Below are positions 18,094 through 28,015 of a stretch of 32,000 nt of DNA, piece after piece. The DNA is from Candidatus Hadarchaeota archaeon (GTDB taxonomy: Archaea > Hadarchaeota > Hadarchaeia > Hadarchaeales > Hadarchaeaceae). Both the position numbers and the translations under genes were made by a program. Under the pieces are notes generated by a model. The model had not been told where the DNA came from, did no database searches, and saw only the letters and a list, made by a program, of their open reading frames with translations. Position 1 is the stretch's first letter. Each line of letters begins with the position of its first letter. The DNA is taken from contig CAZETV010000001.1 of assembly GCA_964514965.1 (NCBI GenBank), positions 510,001 through 542,000 on the forward strand, written 5' to 3'.

Positions 18094-19304
18094 TGAGACC
18101 GATAATAGCGGTGGGGCTTGAATCCACCCTCGATATGTGGGTAACCTTTCCCAGCCTTGGTGACTTCGCGAGATTTGTCCGAGGTTACAATGGGCGTCTT
18201 ACCAAGTACGTGAAGGAAGGATACGAAACGGTGGCGACGGGAAGTGGCGACGAGGTGTCTATAGACGGATGGGTAAAGGACGCACAGAAACTTGTGAAGC
18301 GGGCGAGAGAATCTGGCGCCGACATTAAATGCAAGCTCGGTGGGAACGGGGCACAAGAGGTTGCAACTCTCAAAGCCTTAGAGTCAAATGTCATATTTAT
18401 GGGGGGGGTTTTTCCTGAGCAGCTACTCAAGTTACCACTTAAGACTAGAAGGTTTTTCAACGAGGCAGATCTCTCATTTGCTCACACTTTCAAAAGATAT
18501 AATCCAACCTCTTTCATCCTACAGGCCCAAGGGGCGAATCGATACATTCTCTGCGAGGGGCAGGGACGAAGAATCGAACAACTTCGGCCATATTTGCGGA
18601 AGCTACCTAGCTTACTAAAGCAAATCCTCAAAAAATACGGCAGACTGAACATGGTGAACTTGGTTGGATGGCATGTGTTATTCGCAAATGGTATAAGCAA
18701 TAGAGATTTTCGCTTAGTAGAAGGAATAATCAAAAAAATTCGTGACGTGGCTGATCCTCTCCTTTTCACGGAGGCAGGGGGACTAGCCGCATTCGATGAA
18801 AAGGAAAGGCGCCTTCTCTGTCGAATCTACTCTCTGTTCGACATTCTTTCGGTGAATGAGGACGAGTTGTTACAGGTTGCACGAGCGGTTAAAGTTAGAA
18901 CGAAAGACGAGTTTCAAGCTATGCACAATATTCTCAAGTCCTTGAAAATGCCATCCACGGTCTGGCTCCACTCCCTTGATTATCAGGCCACGCTGAGTAC
19001 AAAATATGGGCGGAAACTGCTTGAAAAGGCACAGGTTGCCGCGGCAGCTGCAGGAGTTTATAGAGTTGAGAAAGGCACTTATCCAACTCTCAAGGAACTC
19101 ACCAAACGAATGAAAATAAAAACTTTTTCAGAAAAAGGTTTAAAAATGACCCAGTATGCAACAAAAAAGTACGGTGACAAGGTAGGAGCTGCTGAGCTGG
19201 TGGTTACCCCCTGTTATGAGGCGAGGGGTTTCACATCTACTGTTGGAGCGGGAGATGCCTCGGCGGCTGCGTATACTTACGTAATTGCTGGTGGAGAACT
19301 CTAA
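18094..19304 (+). CDS. Ribokinase-fold sugar kinase, divergent ADP-dependent PFK/GK-like family member
   Basis: The track ORF starts at a TTG at 18060. The ATG at 18094 (MRPIIAVGLESTLD...) follows AAGGGGTAGAG. KLGGNGAQEVATL resembles the GGNA motif, and the C-terminal TSTVGAGDASAAAY resembles the catalytic GxGD motif of ADP-dependent kinases. Confidence 0.5.
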
Positions 19305-19333
19305 GTTACCTTCACGTGAAAAAATCAAGTTGC

Positions 19334-20311
19334 CTAGTTTTTGTGTCCGGCAGATACACGAGGATAAACCATAAGCCGTCCTTGTTTCATTATAATTTTG
19401 CCATCCAACTTAACCGTCGGGCGCAATATGATACCATCGATATGAATTCCTGCCCTGATTCGCCCCCCAAAAGTTGAATTGTCGCCGAGCGCTACGTGGC
19501 AGGTCCCAAGTACCTTTTCATCCTCAATAATGTTGCCGATCAGCCGAGCCTTTGGATTTGTACCCACACCTAATTCAGCTAAATTGTAAGCCTTAGGCCC
19601 AACCGCTTTCAACAGCTTCTTCAGCTTGGCGGCGTGAGCACCTGAAATCTTGGAAGCCCTTCCTTTTTTGATAATTATTTCGACCGTCTCGCGGGGAAAG
19701 CCCACCATACTTCCACCCACAACCACTCGTCCTTCTGCGGTCCCCTCGATAGGCGCGATGAATGCCTCACCGGCTGGCAAATTTCCAAAATCACCCGGTT
19801 GATGAAAAATGCCTGTATCGGAGTGAGCTTCTCGCCCCTTAATGCTGAGGCTGAGTTCCGTTCCAGCGGGAGAATTGATTTCAATCTCAGAAGCTCTGCT
19901 CAGGGGCGTGGCCACTTTTTTCGTCCGCTTGCCGACCTCGCGGTAGTTGGCGAGCATCGCGCCTCGTCGCATTATATCTTCAGTTATCATGGGCATAGTG
20001 GCAATTCTAGCACCAGCCTTGCAGGCATGATGTCGCGCTTGTGTGTGGGTGAGTGAATAAGTTGTTGGTGCGAGCACGACATCAGCGACGCGCATTGCGC
20101 TCGCGACGACTTCGGGAGGTTCTTCGCCGTGCCTACTGAGCGTTTGCATACAGATAAGCGTGGTTTCGGCTCCCGCCGCATGAGCAGCACTGATGAGGGC
20201 TTCAGCAATCTTCAACCTAGGCGGATCCGTGACCACGAGGACACTTTCTCCCCGCTTGACACCCATACAGGTCTTGACCGCTATTCGTGCACCTTTTAAC
20301 AACTCGCGCAT
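19334..20311 (-). CDS. Aminopeptidase, M29 (AmpS/PepS-like) family
   Basis: 325 aa with GEAFIAPIEGTAEG..., ...LGTCHVALGDN... and GIHIDGI segments typical of COG2309-type aminopeptidases, as recalled. Confidence 0.65.
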   Translation of the reverse strand: MRELLKGARIAVKTCMGVKRGESVLVVTDPPRLKIAEALISAAHAAGAETTLICMQTLSRHGEEPPEVVASAMRVADVVLAPTTYSLTHTQARHHACKAGARIATMPMITEDIMRRGAMLANYREVGKRTKKVATPLSRASEIEINSPAGTELSLSIKGREAHSDTGIFHQPGDFGNLPAGEAFIAPIEGTAEGRVVVGGSMVGFPRETVEIIIKKGRASKISGAHAAKLKKLLKAVGPKAYNLAELGVGTNPKARLIGNIIEDEKVLGTCHVALGDNSTFGGRIRAGIHIDGIILRPTVKLDGKIIMKQGRLMVYPRVSAGHKN

Positions 20312-20322
20312 GTTAGAACCAG

Positions 20323-20640
20323 CTATTTTATAAGACCTTTTTTGTAAAGCTCGTCCCTGAATGCTAGCAGAACCTCACGAACCTTTCCTTCATCGGGAGC
20401 GTGAACCTCCACATAGTACGAAGGAAAAAGGAGAAGATAAGTGCCCCGACTGAGCTCGAATTTCACAATCTCCTTGTTCGACGTTTTTATCTTACGCGCA
20501 CGGGAGACGTGCTTGAGAATTTCGCCAATATCAACTTTTGAGCGAAGCATTGTAATTGTTCGCACAGACATGAGCTTCGGCATGTCGAAGAGATTATAGA
20601 GACGTGGCATCTCGCTTACGCGCGGCTCGGCTCCGCTCAA
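20323..20640 (-). CDS. Small hypothetical protein (alpha/beta, single-domain)
   Basis: 105-aa ORF lying 11 nt upstream of the aminopeptidase gene on the same strand. No motif is confidently recognised. The true start may be an internal Met. Confidence 0.4.
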   Translation of the reverse strand: MSGAEPRVSEMPRLYNLFDMPKLMSVRTITMLRSKVDIGEILKHVSRARKIKTSNKEIVKFELSRGTYLLLFPSYYVEVHAPDEGKVREVLLAFRDELYKKGLIK

Positions 20641-20683
20641 TCAAACCCCAAAATTATTGGAGTGGGGAGAATTTAAAATTTAG

Positions 20684-20890
20684 CTATATTCTTTTCGCAG
20701 CCAATCGTATATCTACGTCTCGAACGGTTCTTCGTCCAGCGTGCTCCGCGAGTTTAGCCGCTTCGTTCGAAATTGTGATAGCGCGCTCTTCAAGAACCTC
20801 GGCTAATGCGACGGCCGCACTCTCACTCACCCGTCTAGCGCCTGATTTTCTTATGATACGATCTATCGCCGCAACAGGCAATTCAACCAT
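20684..20890 (-). CDS. Archaeal histone (HMf family)
   Basis: 68 aa: MVELPVAAIDRIIRKSGARRVSESAAVALAEVLEERAITISNEAAKLAEHAGRRTVRDVDIRLAAKRI. This aligns along its whole length with HMfA/B-type histone folds. GGAGG lies just upstream. Confidence 0.9.
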   Translation of the reverse strand: MVELPVAAIDRIIRKSGARRVSESAAVALAEVLEERAITISNEAAKLAEHAGRRTVRDVDIRLAAKRI

Positions 20891-21177
20891 TTATCCGCCT
20901 CCTCGATTGTTTCAAGCCACTTATGGGGCAAATTTCCCCTTTATTTGGGCAGTATTTAAATCTTTCCTAAAATGGGCTTTTAAATCGGTGGTTTTGGTGA
21001 AAATCTAGTTTTTAATGGCTCCGCATGAGTTAGAAATTTTTGTGCTTACACTCGCGCCAATCATGATTGAGCCAAAATAATGCGGCATTTTTTTCTTAGG
21101 CGTCCCATATCGGCAAGTTTAAATAAAAATTTAAGCGAGTGCCTCATAATAACCAAGGGGTGAGAAGTTTGCCATGC

Positions 21178-22182
21178 ATGATTGTTGCTGGGGGATTTTG
21201 GGGCGACGAAGGAAAGGGAAAAGTAGTTGCATATCTGGCGCTCAACGACAAGCCGAAAATTATCGCGCGGGCGGGAGTAGGCCCAAACGCCGGCCACACA
21301 GTATACTCGATGGAAAATAAATTCGGCCTGCGCCAGCTTCCATGTGGATTCGTTTACAAAGGAGCACGCTTGCTCATCGGGCCAGGGGTGCTCATCAACC
21401 CCGATATTGTGCTGAAGGAAGTTAAGCTGACTGATACGGTCGATAGAGTTGGCGTGGACCAGCGTTGCACAGTTATCGAGCCCTCACACATCGAACATGA
21501 CCAATCTTCAGCTCACCTAAAGGGCAAGATAGGCACCACGGGGACGGGCTGTGGTCCCGCAAATGTGGCAAGAGTGAACCGCGTCGCAAAGCTAGCCAAA
21601 GAAATCCCCGAACTCAAAAACTTTCTCACCGATGTCCCCTTAGAGGTCAACGACGCTTTAGGGGAGAACGAACTCGTGCTCGTTGAGGGATCGCAGGGCT
21701 TTGGTCTTTCGTTGATTCACGGCACCTATCCCTATGTCACGAGCAAGGACACATCGGCGTGCACGCTCGCGGCCGATGTCGGTGTGGGGCCTACTAAAAT
21801 AGACGATGTCATGCTCATCTTCAAGGCATACGTGAGCCGAGTTGGTGAGGGGCCTTTCCCGACCGAGATAAACATGGCGGAAGCTGAACGATTAGGCATA
21901 GTTGAGTATGGCACGGTCACCGGGCGGCGGAGGCGCATCGGGGAGTTCGATTTCGACCTAGCAAAGCGCGCGGCGATGATAAACGGTGCCACCCAGCTCA
22001 CGATAACTTGCCTCGACCGGCTTTTCAAGGAAAGTTCGGGAATTAAAAGTTACGGGCAACTACCCGCGAATGCAAAAGAGTTTATCGAGCGCATCGAAGG
22101 TGAACTCAAGGTACCAGTCACATTGATTTCAACGGGCAAAGACATCAAAAACATCATCGACCTCCGCTCGGAGAAACTCTAA
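21178..22182 (+). CDS. purA: Adenylosuccinate synthetase (short archaeal type)
   Basis: [20 protein letters not shown] forms the P-loop, with GPNAGHTV and [10 protein letters not shown] also present. The ATG at 21178 is preceded by AAGGGGTGAG. The track start at 21139 is an upstream GTG. Confidence 0.9.
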   Translation: MIVAGGFWGDEGKGKVVAYLALNDKPKIIARAGVGPNAGHTVYSMENKFGLRQLPCGFVYKGARLLIGPGVLINPDIVLKEVKLTDTVDRVGVDQRCTVIEPSHIEHDQSSAHLKGKIGTTGTGCGPANVARVNRVAKLAKEIPELKNFLTDVPLEVNDALGENELVLVEGSQGFGLSLIHGTYPYVTSKDTSACTLAADVGVGPTKIDDVMLIFKAYVSRVGEGPFPTEINMAEAERLGIVEYGTVTGRRRRIGEFDFDLAKRAAMINGATQLTITCLDRLFKESSGIKSYGQLPANAKEFIERIEGELKVPVTLISTGKDIKNIIDLRSEKL

Positions 22183-22730
22183 TGGCGCGGATGGTAATCG
22201 CGGTTAGCGGCACTCCAGGGACGGGAAAGTCAATTTTTGCCCGGGTGCTCGCGAAAAAACTTGGCGCTCAATTGATAGATCTCAACGCATTGATCAAAAA
22301 GAAGAAGATTTACAGGCTCGACATCGATGGCACGAAGATAGCCAATCTCCCAAAAATGCGGAAAGAGTTTGTCCGCGCGATTCAATCTTCTCACGGCCCG
22401 GTCATCGTAGAGGGACTGCTTGCCCACTTGCTACCTAAAAGGTACCTCACCCACATTGTCGTCCTGCGCACCCGACCGAGGATTCTCGAGCGACGCCTTC
22501 GAACCCGCAAGTACTCAAATACCAAAACCCGCGAAAATGTGGAGGCGGAGGCGCTGGATATAATTTTGTGGGAAGCAGTCAAGATTCACGGTATGAACAG
22601 AGTTTACGAAATCGACACCACGAGACTAAAGCCCAGCGCTGTGGTGAAACTATTCCTGAACGCGCTGGTTGGTGAGATTTCTCTCAAACCAGGCAAGGTC
22701 AACTGGCTGGAGGAATATTACAAAAAATAA
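22182..22730 (+). CDS. Putative adenylate kinase / NTPase of the AK6 (Fap7) family
   Basis: 182 aa with the P-loop VSGTPGTGKS and VVLRTRPRILERRLRTRKYSNTKTRENVEAEA, which is typical of AK6. Its ATG overlaps the purA stop (TAATG). Confidence 0.75.
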   Translation: MARMVIAVSGTPGTGKSIFARVLAKKLGAQLIDLNALIKKKKIYRLDIDGTKIANLPKMRKEFVRAIQSSHGPVIVEGLLAHLLPKRYLTHIVVLRTRPRILERRLRTRKYSNTKTRENVEAEALDIILWEAVKIHGMNRVYEIDTTRLKPSAVVKLFLNALVGEISLKPGKVNWLEEYYKK

Positions 22731-22786
22731 TTTTAAAAAACAAACTCTTTTAATCAAGAACAAGATAAGATTAACCCAGCGATAAT

Positions 22787-23650
22787 ATGGGCGGCACCGC
22801 GAGAACTGCTATTCTCATGGGTGTGCTGACGGGGCTTATGCTTGTGGTGGGGTTTATAGCAGGGTACCTTACAAGCACCCCAATCAGCTATACTCTTGCA
22901 ATTTTCCTAGGCTTAGCCATAGCAATGAATTTGGGGGTCTATTGGTACGCGGACCGATGGGTGCTGCGACTCTACAAGGCCAAAATCGTGAGCGAGGCAG
23001 AGGAACCTGAGCTGCATCGCACGGTAGAACGCTTGGCGTCGAGTGCACGTATACCAAAACCCCGCGTGGCAATCGTCCCCACGGATACGCCAAACGCGTT
23101 TGCGACCGGGCGCAGTCCTTCTCATTCAGTCGTCGCGGTGACACAAGGAGCAATGCATCTGTTGAACCAAGATGAGCTTGAGGGAGTGCTGGGGCACGAA
23201 CTTGGTCACGTGAAGAACCGCGATATGCTGGTCAATACTATGGCTGCAATCATCGGGGCGGTTATCACTTATGTCATGTATTTTACGCTATTCGCGGGAG
23301 GCGGACGCAGGCGCGATGGAGGTGCGGGAATCTTGGCACTCGTGGCACTGATAACGATACCATTTTGCGCGATGTTAGTAAGGCTCTCGATATCTCGTGG
23401 ACGAGAATTTGAGGCAGACCACGACGGGGCCAGTATTTCACGCAAACCGCTCGCGCTGGCTAGTGCACTGCGAAGTCTCCAATCGGCGGTCAGGAACAGA
23501 CCCATGCAGAAGGGCAACCCATCGACCTCTCATATGTTTATCGTCAACCCATTCGCAAAGGTCAGCATGAGGGGACTTTTCTCGACCCACCCTCCGACCG
23601 AGGAACGAATTCGACGGCTCGAAGAGATGGCAAAAACTGGACGATTCTAG
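22787..23650 (+). CDS. htpX: Zinc metalloprotease HtpX (M48 family)
   Basis: 287 aa with TM helices flanking the HELGHVKNRD zinc motif. The downstream EFEADHDGA and C-terminal STHPPTEERIRRL are also present. Confidence 0.9.
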   Translation: MGGTARTAILMGVLTGLMLVVGFIAGYLTSTPISYTLAIFLGLAIAMNLGVYWYADRWVLRLYKAKIVSEAEEPELHRTVERLASSARIPKPRVAIVPTDTPNAFATGRSPSHSVVAVTQGAMHLLNQDELEGVLGHELGHVKNRDMLVNTMAAIIGAVITYVMYFTLFAGGGRRRDGGAGILALVALITIPFCAMLVRLSISRGREFEADHDGASISRKPLALASALRSLQSAVRNRPMQKGNPSTSHMFIVNPFAKVSMRGLFSTHPPTEERIRRLEEMAKTGRF

Positions 23651-23823
23651 AATCCGAGCAGAGATTCGCCATAAAAACGCAGAAATACCTCAAAAATAAT
23701 GATTGCAATAGTAAAAATTAGCACACTTTTTGGCGATATCTTGATGCCGTGCCCTTCATCTTTAAAGTAACGTATCAACCCAGCGCCCGTAGCAGGCATC
23801 TCTTCTCCTCGTCTTCCGCGCAT
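23647..23823 (-). CDS. secG: Preprotein translocase subunit Sec61-beta (SecG)
   Basis: Contains ...PATGAGLIRYFKDEG...ISPKSVLIFTIAIIIFEVFL with a single C-terminal TM. The track ORF begins at 23871. The internal ATG at 23823 (preceded by GGTGGTGAG) gives the usual ~58 aa. Confidence 0.75.
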   Translation of the reverse strand: MRGRRGEEMPATGAGLIRYFKDEGHGIKISPKSVLIFTIAIIIFEVFLRFYGESLLGF

Positions 23824-23910
23824 CTCACCACCATCATTTTTTCTAGACTTCTGAAGTTTAAGTCTTTCCATCCGAGCGCTGGGGTTTTAACCACTCAAAG
23901 CTTAGTTGTC

Positions 23911-25314
23911 ATGATTACAATGACAAAATACGCCCCAGATGCAGATATTATCGTCAACGGTTTACTGACGCGACTGGTTGAGAGTGAGCTAGCCGGTAGC
24001 GAGATTGTTGTGGCCAACGCGATTGTCGCCCAGCTCGAACACCAATCCAAGTTGGGTAAGGACTCGGGCTTAAGCGGGCTCGCGGAGCTCAGGCGCCTGC
24101 AGGCGTTGGCCGAACAAGAGAAGATAAAACTGAATTTCGCGGGAGAACGCCCAAGTGTCGAGCAAATGATGGGTGCGGATTTCGGTACTATCGACGCCGA
24201 AGTTCGAGAGATAGCTCGGAGTCAAGACGTGACCATTCTCACGAGTAATGCCGTGATGGCAGAAGTCGCACGAATAGAAGGGCTAGAAACAAAGTACTTC
24301 GAGCCCTCACGCGTGGAGGAGACGCCGAGACTCCTGCGCTACTTCGATAAGAACACGATGTCGGTGCACCTGAAGGCACGAGTGCGCCCTATGGCCAAGG
24401 TCGGGCGCCCGGGCAATTTTAAAGTTCAAGTGCTAGACGAGAAACCGCTTGAGGAGACGGAGCTTCGTGAGATAGCGCGAGAGATTCTCGAGTTTGCCAC
24501 GCGCGATCCTGATGGATTCATCGAGTTCGAGCGTGAAGGCGCCAGCATGATACAGTTCCGCGAATACCGCATCGCTATTACCCGCCCTCCGTTCAGCGAC
24601 GGGTTCGAGATCACTGCGGTCCGACCAGTTGTATGGGTGAGGTTAGAGGATTACCGATTGTCGGAGAAACTGAAAGAACGTCTGCGAGAACGCGCGGAGG
24701 GAGTGCTCATCGCGGGTTCACCTGGCGCGGGCAAGACAACTTTTGCTCAGGCGTTGGCTGAATTCTATCACCTGCAAAGAAAAATAGTCAAAACGATGGA
24801 ATCCCCTCGCGACCTCCAAGTGAGCGATGAAATCACACAATATACTGCGCTTGACGGCGACATGGCAAAAACCGCAGACCTGCTTCTCCTTGTGCGCCCA
24901 GATTACACAATTTACGACGAACTGAGAAAGACGAGCGATTTCCAGATATTTACTGACATGCGATTGGCCGGAGTGGGTATGGTGGGTGTGGTGCATTCAA
25001 CGCGGGCAATCGACGCCGTGCAAAGATTGATCGGCCGGGTGGAACTCGGAATGATTCCCATGATTGTCGACACTGTAATTTTCATCAAGGACGGCGAAAT
25101 TCGGGAGGTCTATTCGTTGAGGTTCATGGTCAGAGTTCCGTACGGCATGGTGGAAGCGGACCTAGCGAGGCCCCTAATCGAGGTCTTGGACTTCGAGACG
25201 GGCGAACCGCGCTACGAGATATATACATTCGGTGAGCAGGTCGTGGTTTCCGATTTGAGAAGAGTGCAAATGCGTCCGAGATTTCAGAGAAAACCGAGGC
25301 GAAGGTGGAGATAG
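23911..25314 (+). CDS. PIN-domain / PilT-like ATPase with C-terminal KH-like region (archaeal COG1855-type)
   Basis: Walker A is GSPGAGKTTFAQALA. An N-terminal PIN-like segment is present and the C-terminal tail is basic. The track start at 23749 would overlap sec61-beta antisense. The ATG at 23911 (MITMTKYAPD...) is preferred. Confidence 0.7.
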   Translation: MITMTKYAPDADIIVNGLLTRLVESELAGSEIVVANAIVAQLEHQSKLGKDSGLSGLAELRRLQALAEQEKIKLNFAGERPSVEQMMGADFGTIDAEVREIARSQDVTILTSNAVMAEVARIEGLETKYFEPSRVEETPRLLRYFDKNTMSVHLKARVRPMAKVGRPGNFKVQVLDEKPLEETELREIAREILEFATRDPDGFIEFEREGASMIQFREYRIAITRPPFSDGFEITAVRPVVWVRLEDYRLSEKLKERLRERAEGVLIAGSPGAGKTTFAQALAEFYHLQRKIVKTMESPRDLQVSDEITQYTALDGDMAKTADLLLLVRPDYTIYDELRKTSDFQIFTDMRLAGVGMVGVVHSTRAIDAVQRLIGRVELGMIPMIVDTVIFIKDGEIREVYSLRFMVRVPYGMVEADLARPLIEVLDFETGEPRYEIYTFGEQVVVSDLRRVQMRPRFQRKPRRRWR

Positions 25315-25331
25315 AGGTAACTTCTCTATCA

Positions 25332-25841
25332 TCACAATTGGGACATGAACTGACGCTGGAGAATAACTATTTCCGTGCTGTCCTTAGCGCGGGCATAAGC
25401 TTCGAGCGGCTCGCGATTTAGCTCGAGAAAAATTGGCCCCCACTTGAACTTGTTGAGGATTTCTTCCGCACTGGTTTTATCGCCTAGAATTACTAATGCT
25501 GCCGCGAGTGCTTCAGCAGTGCTCAGCTTGGTCGGGCGCCCGTAGTAGGTGGGGTTTGTTGCTACTAAGTAAGGCAAGGCCCGGAGCACCATTCGCGCTC
25601 GAATGCGGGAAATCTGTTCTATTTGCTTCCAAGAGCAGTCAAGCGCCACTAATCCGCGCTTTTTCGCAGTCCCAACATCTTCTCCGGAGAGAGCTCGCTC
25701 AGCAAATGGATCAAGCAAAATTGCGCCTTGCGGCAACTCTTGGGGCTGAAAGACCATCTTAATTTTTTCGAATCTATGTAAGCGCATCGCAGTGCACTTT
25801 TTCGGGTCGCATTCCCGAGCGTTGTATACAACTAGTTCCAT
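25332..25841 (-). CDS. tsr3: 16S rRNA aminocarboxypropyltransferase Tsr3
   Basis: 169 aa with MELVVYNARECDPKKCTAMRL and ...LDCSW... motifs typical of Tsr3/DUF367. Confidence 0.85.
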   Translation of the reverse strand: MELVVYNARECDPKKCTAMRLHRFEKIKMVFQPQELPQGAILLDPFAERALSGEDVGTAKKRGLVALDCSWKQIEQISRIRARMVLRALPYLVATNPTYYGRPTKLSTAEALAAALVILGDKTSAEEILNKFKWGPIFLELNREPLEAYARAKDSTEIVILQRQFMSQL

Positions 25842-25845
25842 CGGC

Positions 25846-25861
25846 CTCAGTTATAACTGAG
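25846..25861. repeat. Perfect 16-bp palindrome CTCAGTTATAACTGAG
   Basis: Read directly. The sequence is self-complementary with a TTATAA core. It starts 5 nt upstream of the tsr3 ATG and lies 49 nt upstream of the amidohydrolase ATG. Confidence 0.9.
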
Positions 25862-25909
25862 TCTGGTAAACTTTTAAGCCATGATTGAACAAGGCGGGTT
25901 GGGCACGCC

Positions 25910-27016
25910 ATGACTCAGCAAGTACTTTCCAATGCGACAATCTTCAATGGCGAGGAGCTCGAGGTCACTCACGGCTATTTAGTAATCCGTGATGGCATGA
26001 TAAAAAAAATTTCAGAAGGCTCCCCTCCGGGACGGGCAACTGACCTAAAACGAGGCTTCATTTTACCACCTTTTGTGAACGCGCATACCCACATTGCAGA
26101 TTCCGTTGCTAAGGAACTCTACCTCGGCAGGACACAACAGGAAGTTGTCGGTTCGGGCGGGGAGAAATTTCGTGCTCTGAATTCACATTCGCGTAGCGAG
26201 TTGCTTACATCAGTTCGCGTAACGCTTCAGGACATGTTCCGCACAGGAACCCTAGCCCACTGTGATTTCAGGGAGGGTGGTGTGAAAGGAGTTGAGCTCC
26301 TTCGAGAGGCATCGCACAAAACGGTAAAATCGATTATCATGGGGCGCTTTTCAACACTCGAAGAACTAAACGGTGCCTTAAAAAAATCGGATGGGATCGG
26401 CTTGCCTTCGCTCAATGCTTTTGATGAAAAAGCACTTCAATCAATCGCTAATCAAACTAGGCGGGCGAAGAAACTTCTCTCGGTTCATGTTGCCGAGTTA
26501 GCGTCTACCCGAAACGAAGTCGAGCGAGCACTTAAACTTCACCCCTCTTTTATCGTCCATGCGACCCACGCGGACGAAGAAGATTTCGTGTCTTTGCAAA
26601 AGAATGATGTCCCCGTTGTTTTTTGCCCAAGGGCGAATAGCTTGCTGAGTGTCGGCCTACCTCCTATTCACCTCGCGATCGCAACCAAAGTTCGTTTTTA
26701 CCTTGGGACGGATAACGCGACGGTTTGCCCGCCGAACATGTTCAAGGAACTCTCGTTCTCTTGGGCGTGCCTGCGCCGAGCCGATCCAACGGCGGGAGGC
26801 GAGGAAGCGCGCAAGCTTCTGCAGGCCGCGACAATTGAACCCCTAAATCTTTTTAATTTACCGTGGGGATCCGTCGAGGAGGGGAGTAGCGCGACGTTCA
26901 TGGTGCTCACCCGTGGAAATAATCTCACGAATCTCACCAACTTGTATGCAGGATTGATTAATCGGGCTCGATCAGACAACATTCGAGCGATTTACGCGCG
27001 CGGCAAAATTTTATAA
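25910..27016 (+). CDS. Amidohydrolase superfamily protein (chlorohydrolase/MtaD/SsnA-like)
   Basis: 368 aa. The metal-binding HxH appears in PPFVNAHTHIADS. Later segments are HVAE, HATH and GTDN. Confidence 0.7.
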   Translation: MTQQVLSNATIFNGEELEVTHGYLVIRDGMIKKISEGSPPGRATDLKRGFILPPFVNAHTHIADSVAKELYLGRTQQEVVGSGGEKFRALNSHSRSELLTSVRVTLQDMFRTGTLAHCDFREGGVKGVELLREASHKTVKSIIMGRFSTLEELNGALKKSDGIGLPSLNAFDEKALQSIANQTRRAKKLLSVHVAELASTRNEVERALKLHPSFIVHATHADEEDFVSLQKNDVPVVFCPRANSLLSVGLPPIHLAIATKVRFYLGTDNATVCPPNMFKELSFSWACLRRADPTAGGEEARKLLQAATIEPLNLFNLPWGSVEEGSSATFMVLTRGNNLTNLTNLYAGLINRARSDNIRAIYARGKIL

Positions 27017-27074
27017 GCTTGAGAACCAACCAAAAATTGATGTTTTAAAGGTTAACTAGCACAGTGAATGGTGG

Positions 27075-27914
27075 ATGAAAAACATGCAGGTCAAAGATGT
27101 GATGACCAAAGAGGTTAGGTGGGTGGAGGTACCCGGTACCCGAGCGGAGACCCTCGACCTTCTAAGGAAAATAGGTACAAACGCGGTTCCTGTGGTGAAG
27201 CGGGGCACTGATGAGCTCGTCGGGATGGTGACGCTCCGCAAATTGTTCGAGAAATCCGATGAAAATCAACTCGCGATGCTTGTAGATCGCGACGTTCCGA
27301 CCGTTGCGCTGAGCGATAGCCTCGAAGAAACAGCAAATCGTTTCCTTACGGCTCACGTCCGCAAGCTGCCTGTATTAAAAAACGAAAAACTCGTCGGAAT
27401 CATCACGGTCAGGGACATCGTTTACCGCGCAATCGCCGAGATGAATTTGGATCGCCCGGCATCGGATTTCATGCGCCCTCACGTTATCGCTGTCTGGGAC
27501 GGAACCCCGCTCAAGGCTGCAGTGGAGATTATGGACCTATCAGGCTTCCAAGCCTTGCCCACGATCGACGAGAACGGCAAACTAGTTGGGATCATCGATG
27601 ATACAGACATCCTCAAGGTGAGTGATGTCGAGACCGAGTCGAAAATAAGCCAGATGACAGGACGAAGCGAGGGCGATAGCTGGACGTGGGACAGCGAAAA
27701 CCGAATCTACATCACCAAGCAGGAGTTAAAGATTCCGAATAAACTCGTCCGGGACGTTATGACGAAGGATCTCTTAACGATAACTCGCAAGACTTCTGTT
27801 AGTAGGACAGCACAACTTATGAAACAGCACAAAATTGAGCAGACTCCAGTTTTGTCCGGGGAAGATAAGTTCATCGGCATCGTGCAGGATGTCGACCTGC
27901 TCAAGGCTGTATAG
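27075..27914 (+). CDS. CBS-domain protein (four CBS repeats)
   Basis: 279 aa with four repeats of the V(M/R)T..h......t......l......G..PV.d..g.lvGi.t..Dl pattern, for example VKDVMTKEV... and VRDVMTKDLLTI.... Confidence 0.8.
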   Translation: MKNMQVKDVMTKEVRWVEVPGTRAETLDLLRKIGTNAVPVVKRGTDELVGMVTLRKLFEKSDENQLAMLVDRDVPTVALSDSLEETANRFLTAHVRKLPVLKNEKLVGIITVRDIVYRAIAEMNLDRPASDFMRPHVIAVWDGTPLKAAVEIMDLSGFQALPTIDENGKLVGIIDDTDILKVSDVETESKISQMTGRSEGDSWTWDSENRIYITKQELKIPNKLVRDVMTKDLLTITRKTSVSRTAQLMKQHKIEQTPVLSGEDKFIGIVQDVDLLKAV

Positions 27915-28015
27915 AATCGTCACAAGGAATTTCTCCCAATTTTCGGTTATGAATGAAATTTTCACTTGATAAAAGCGAAAAAGCTTAAACTGTTTCTTAA
28001 CCTGTATAAAAATGT

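Noticed and set aside
23749-23910. N-terminal 54-aa extension of the PIN-KH ATPase given by the track (start 23749)
   Set aside because: The extension is low-complexity and lies antisense to the well-supported sec61-beta gene. The ATG at 23911 removes the overlap.
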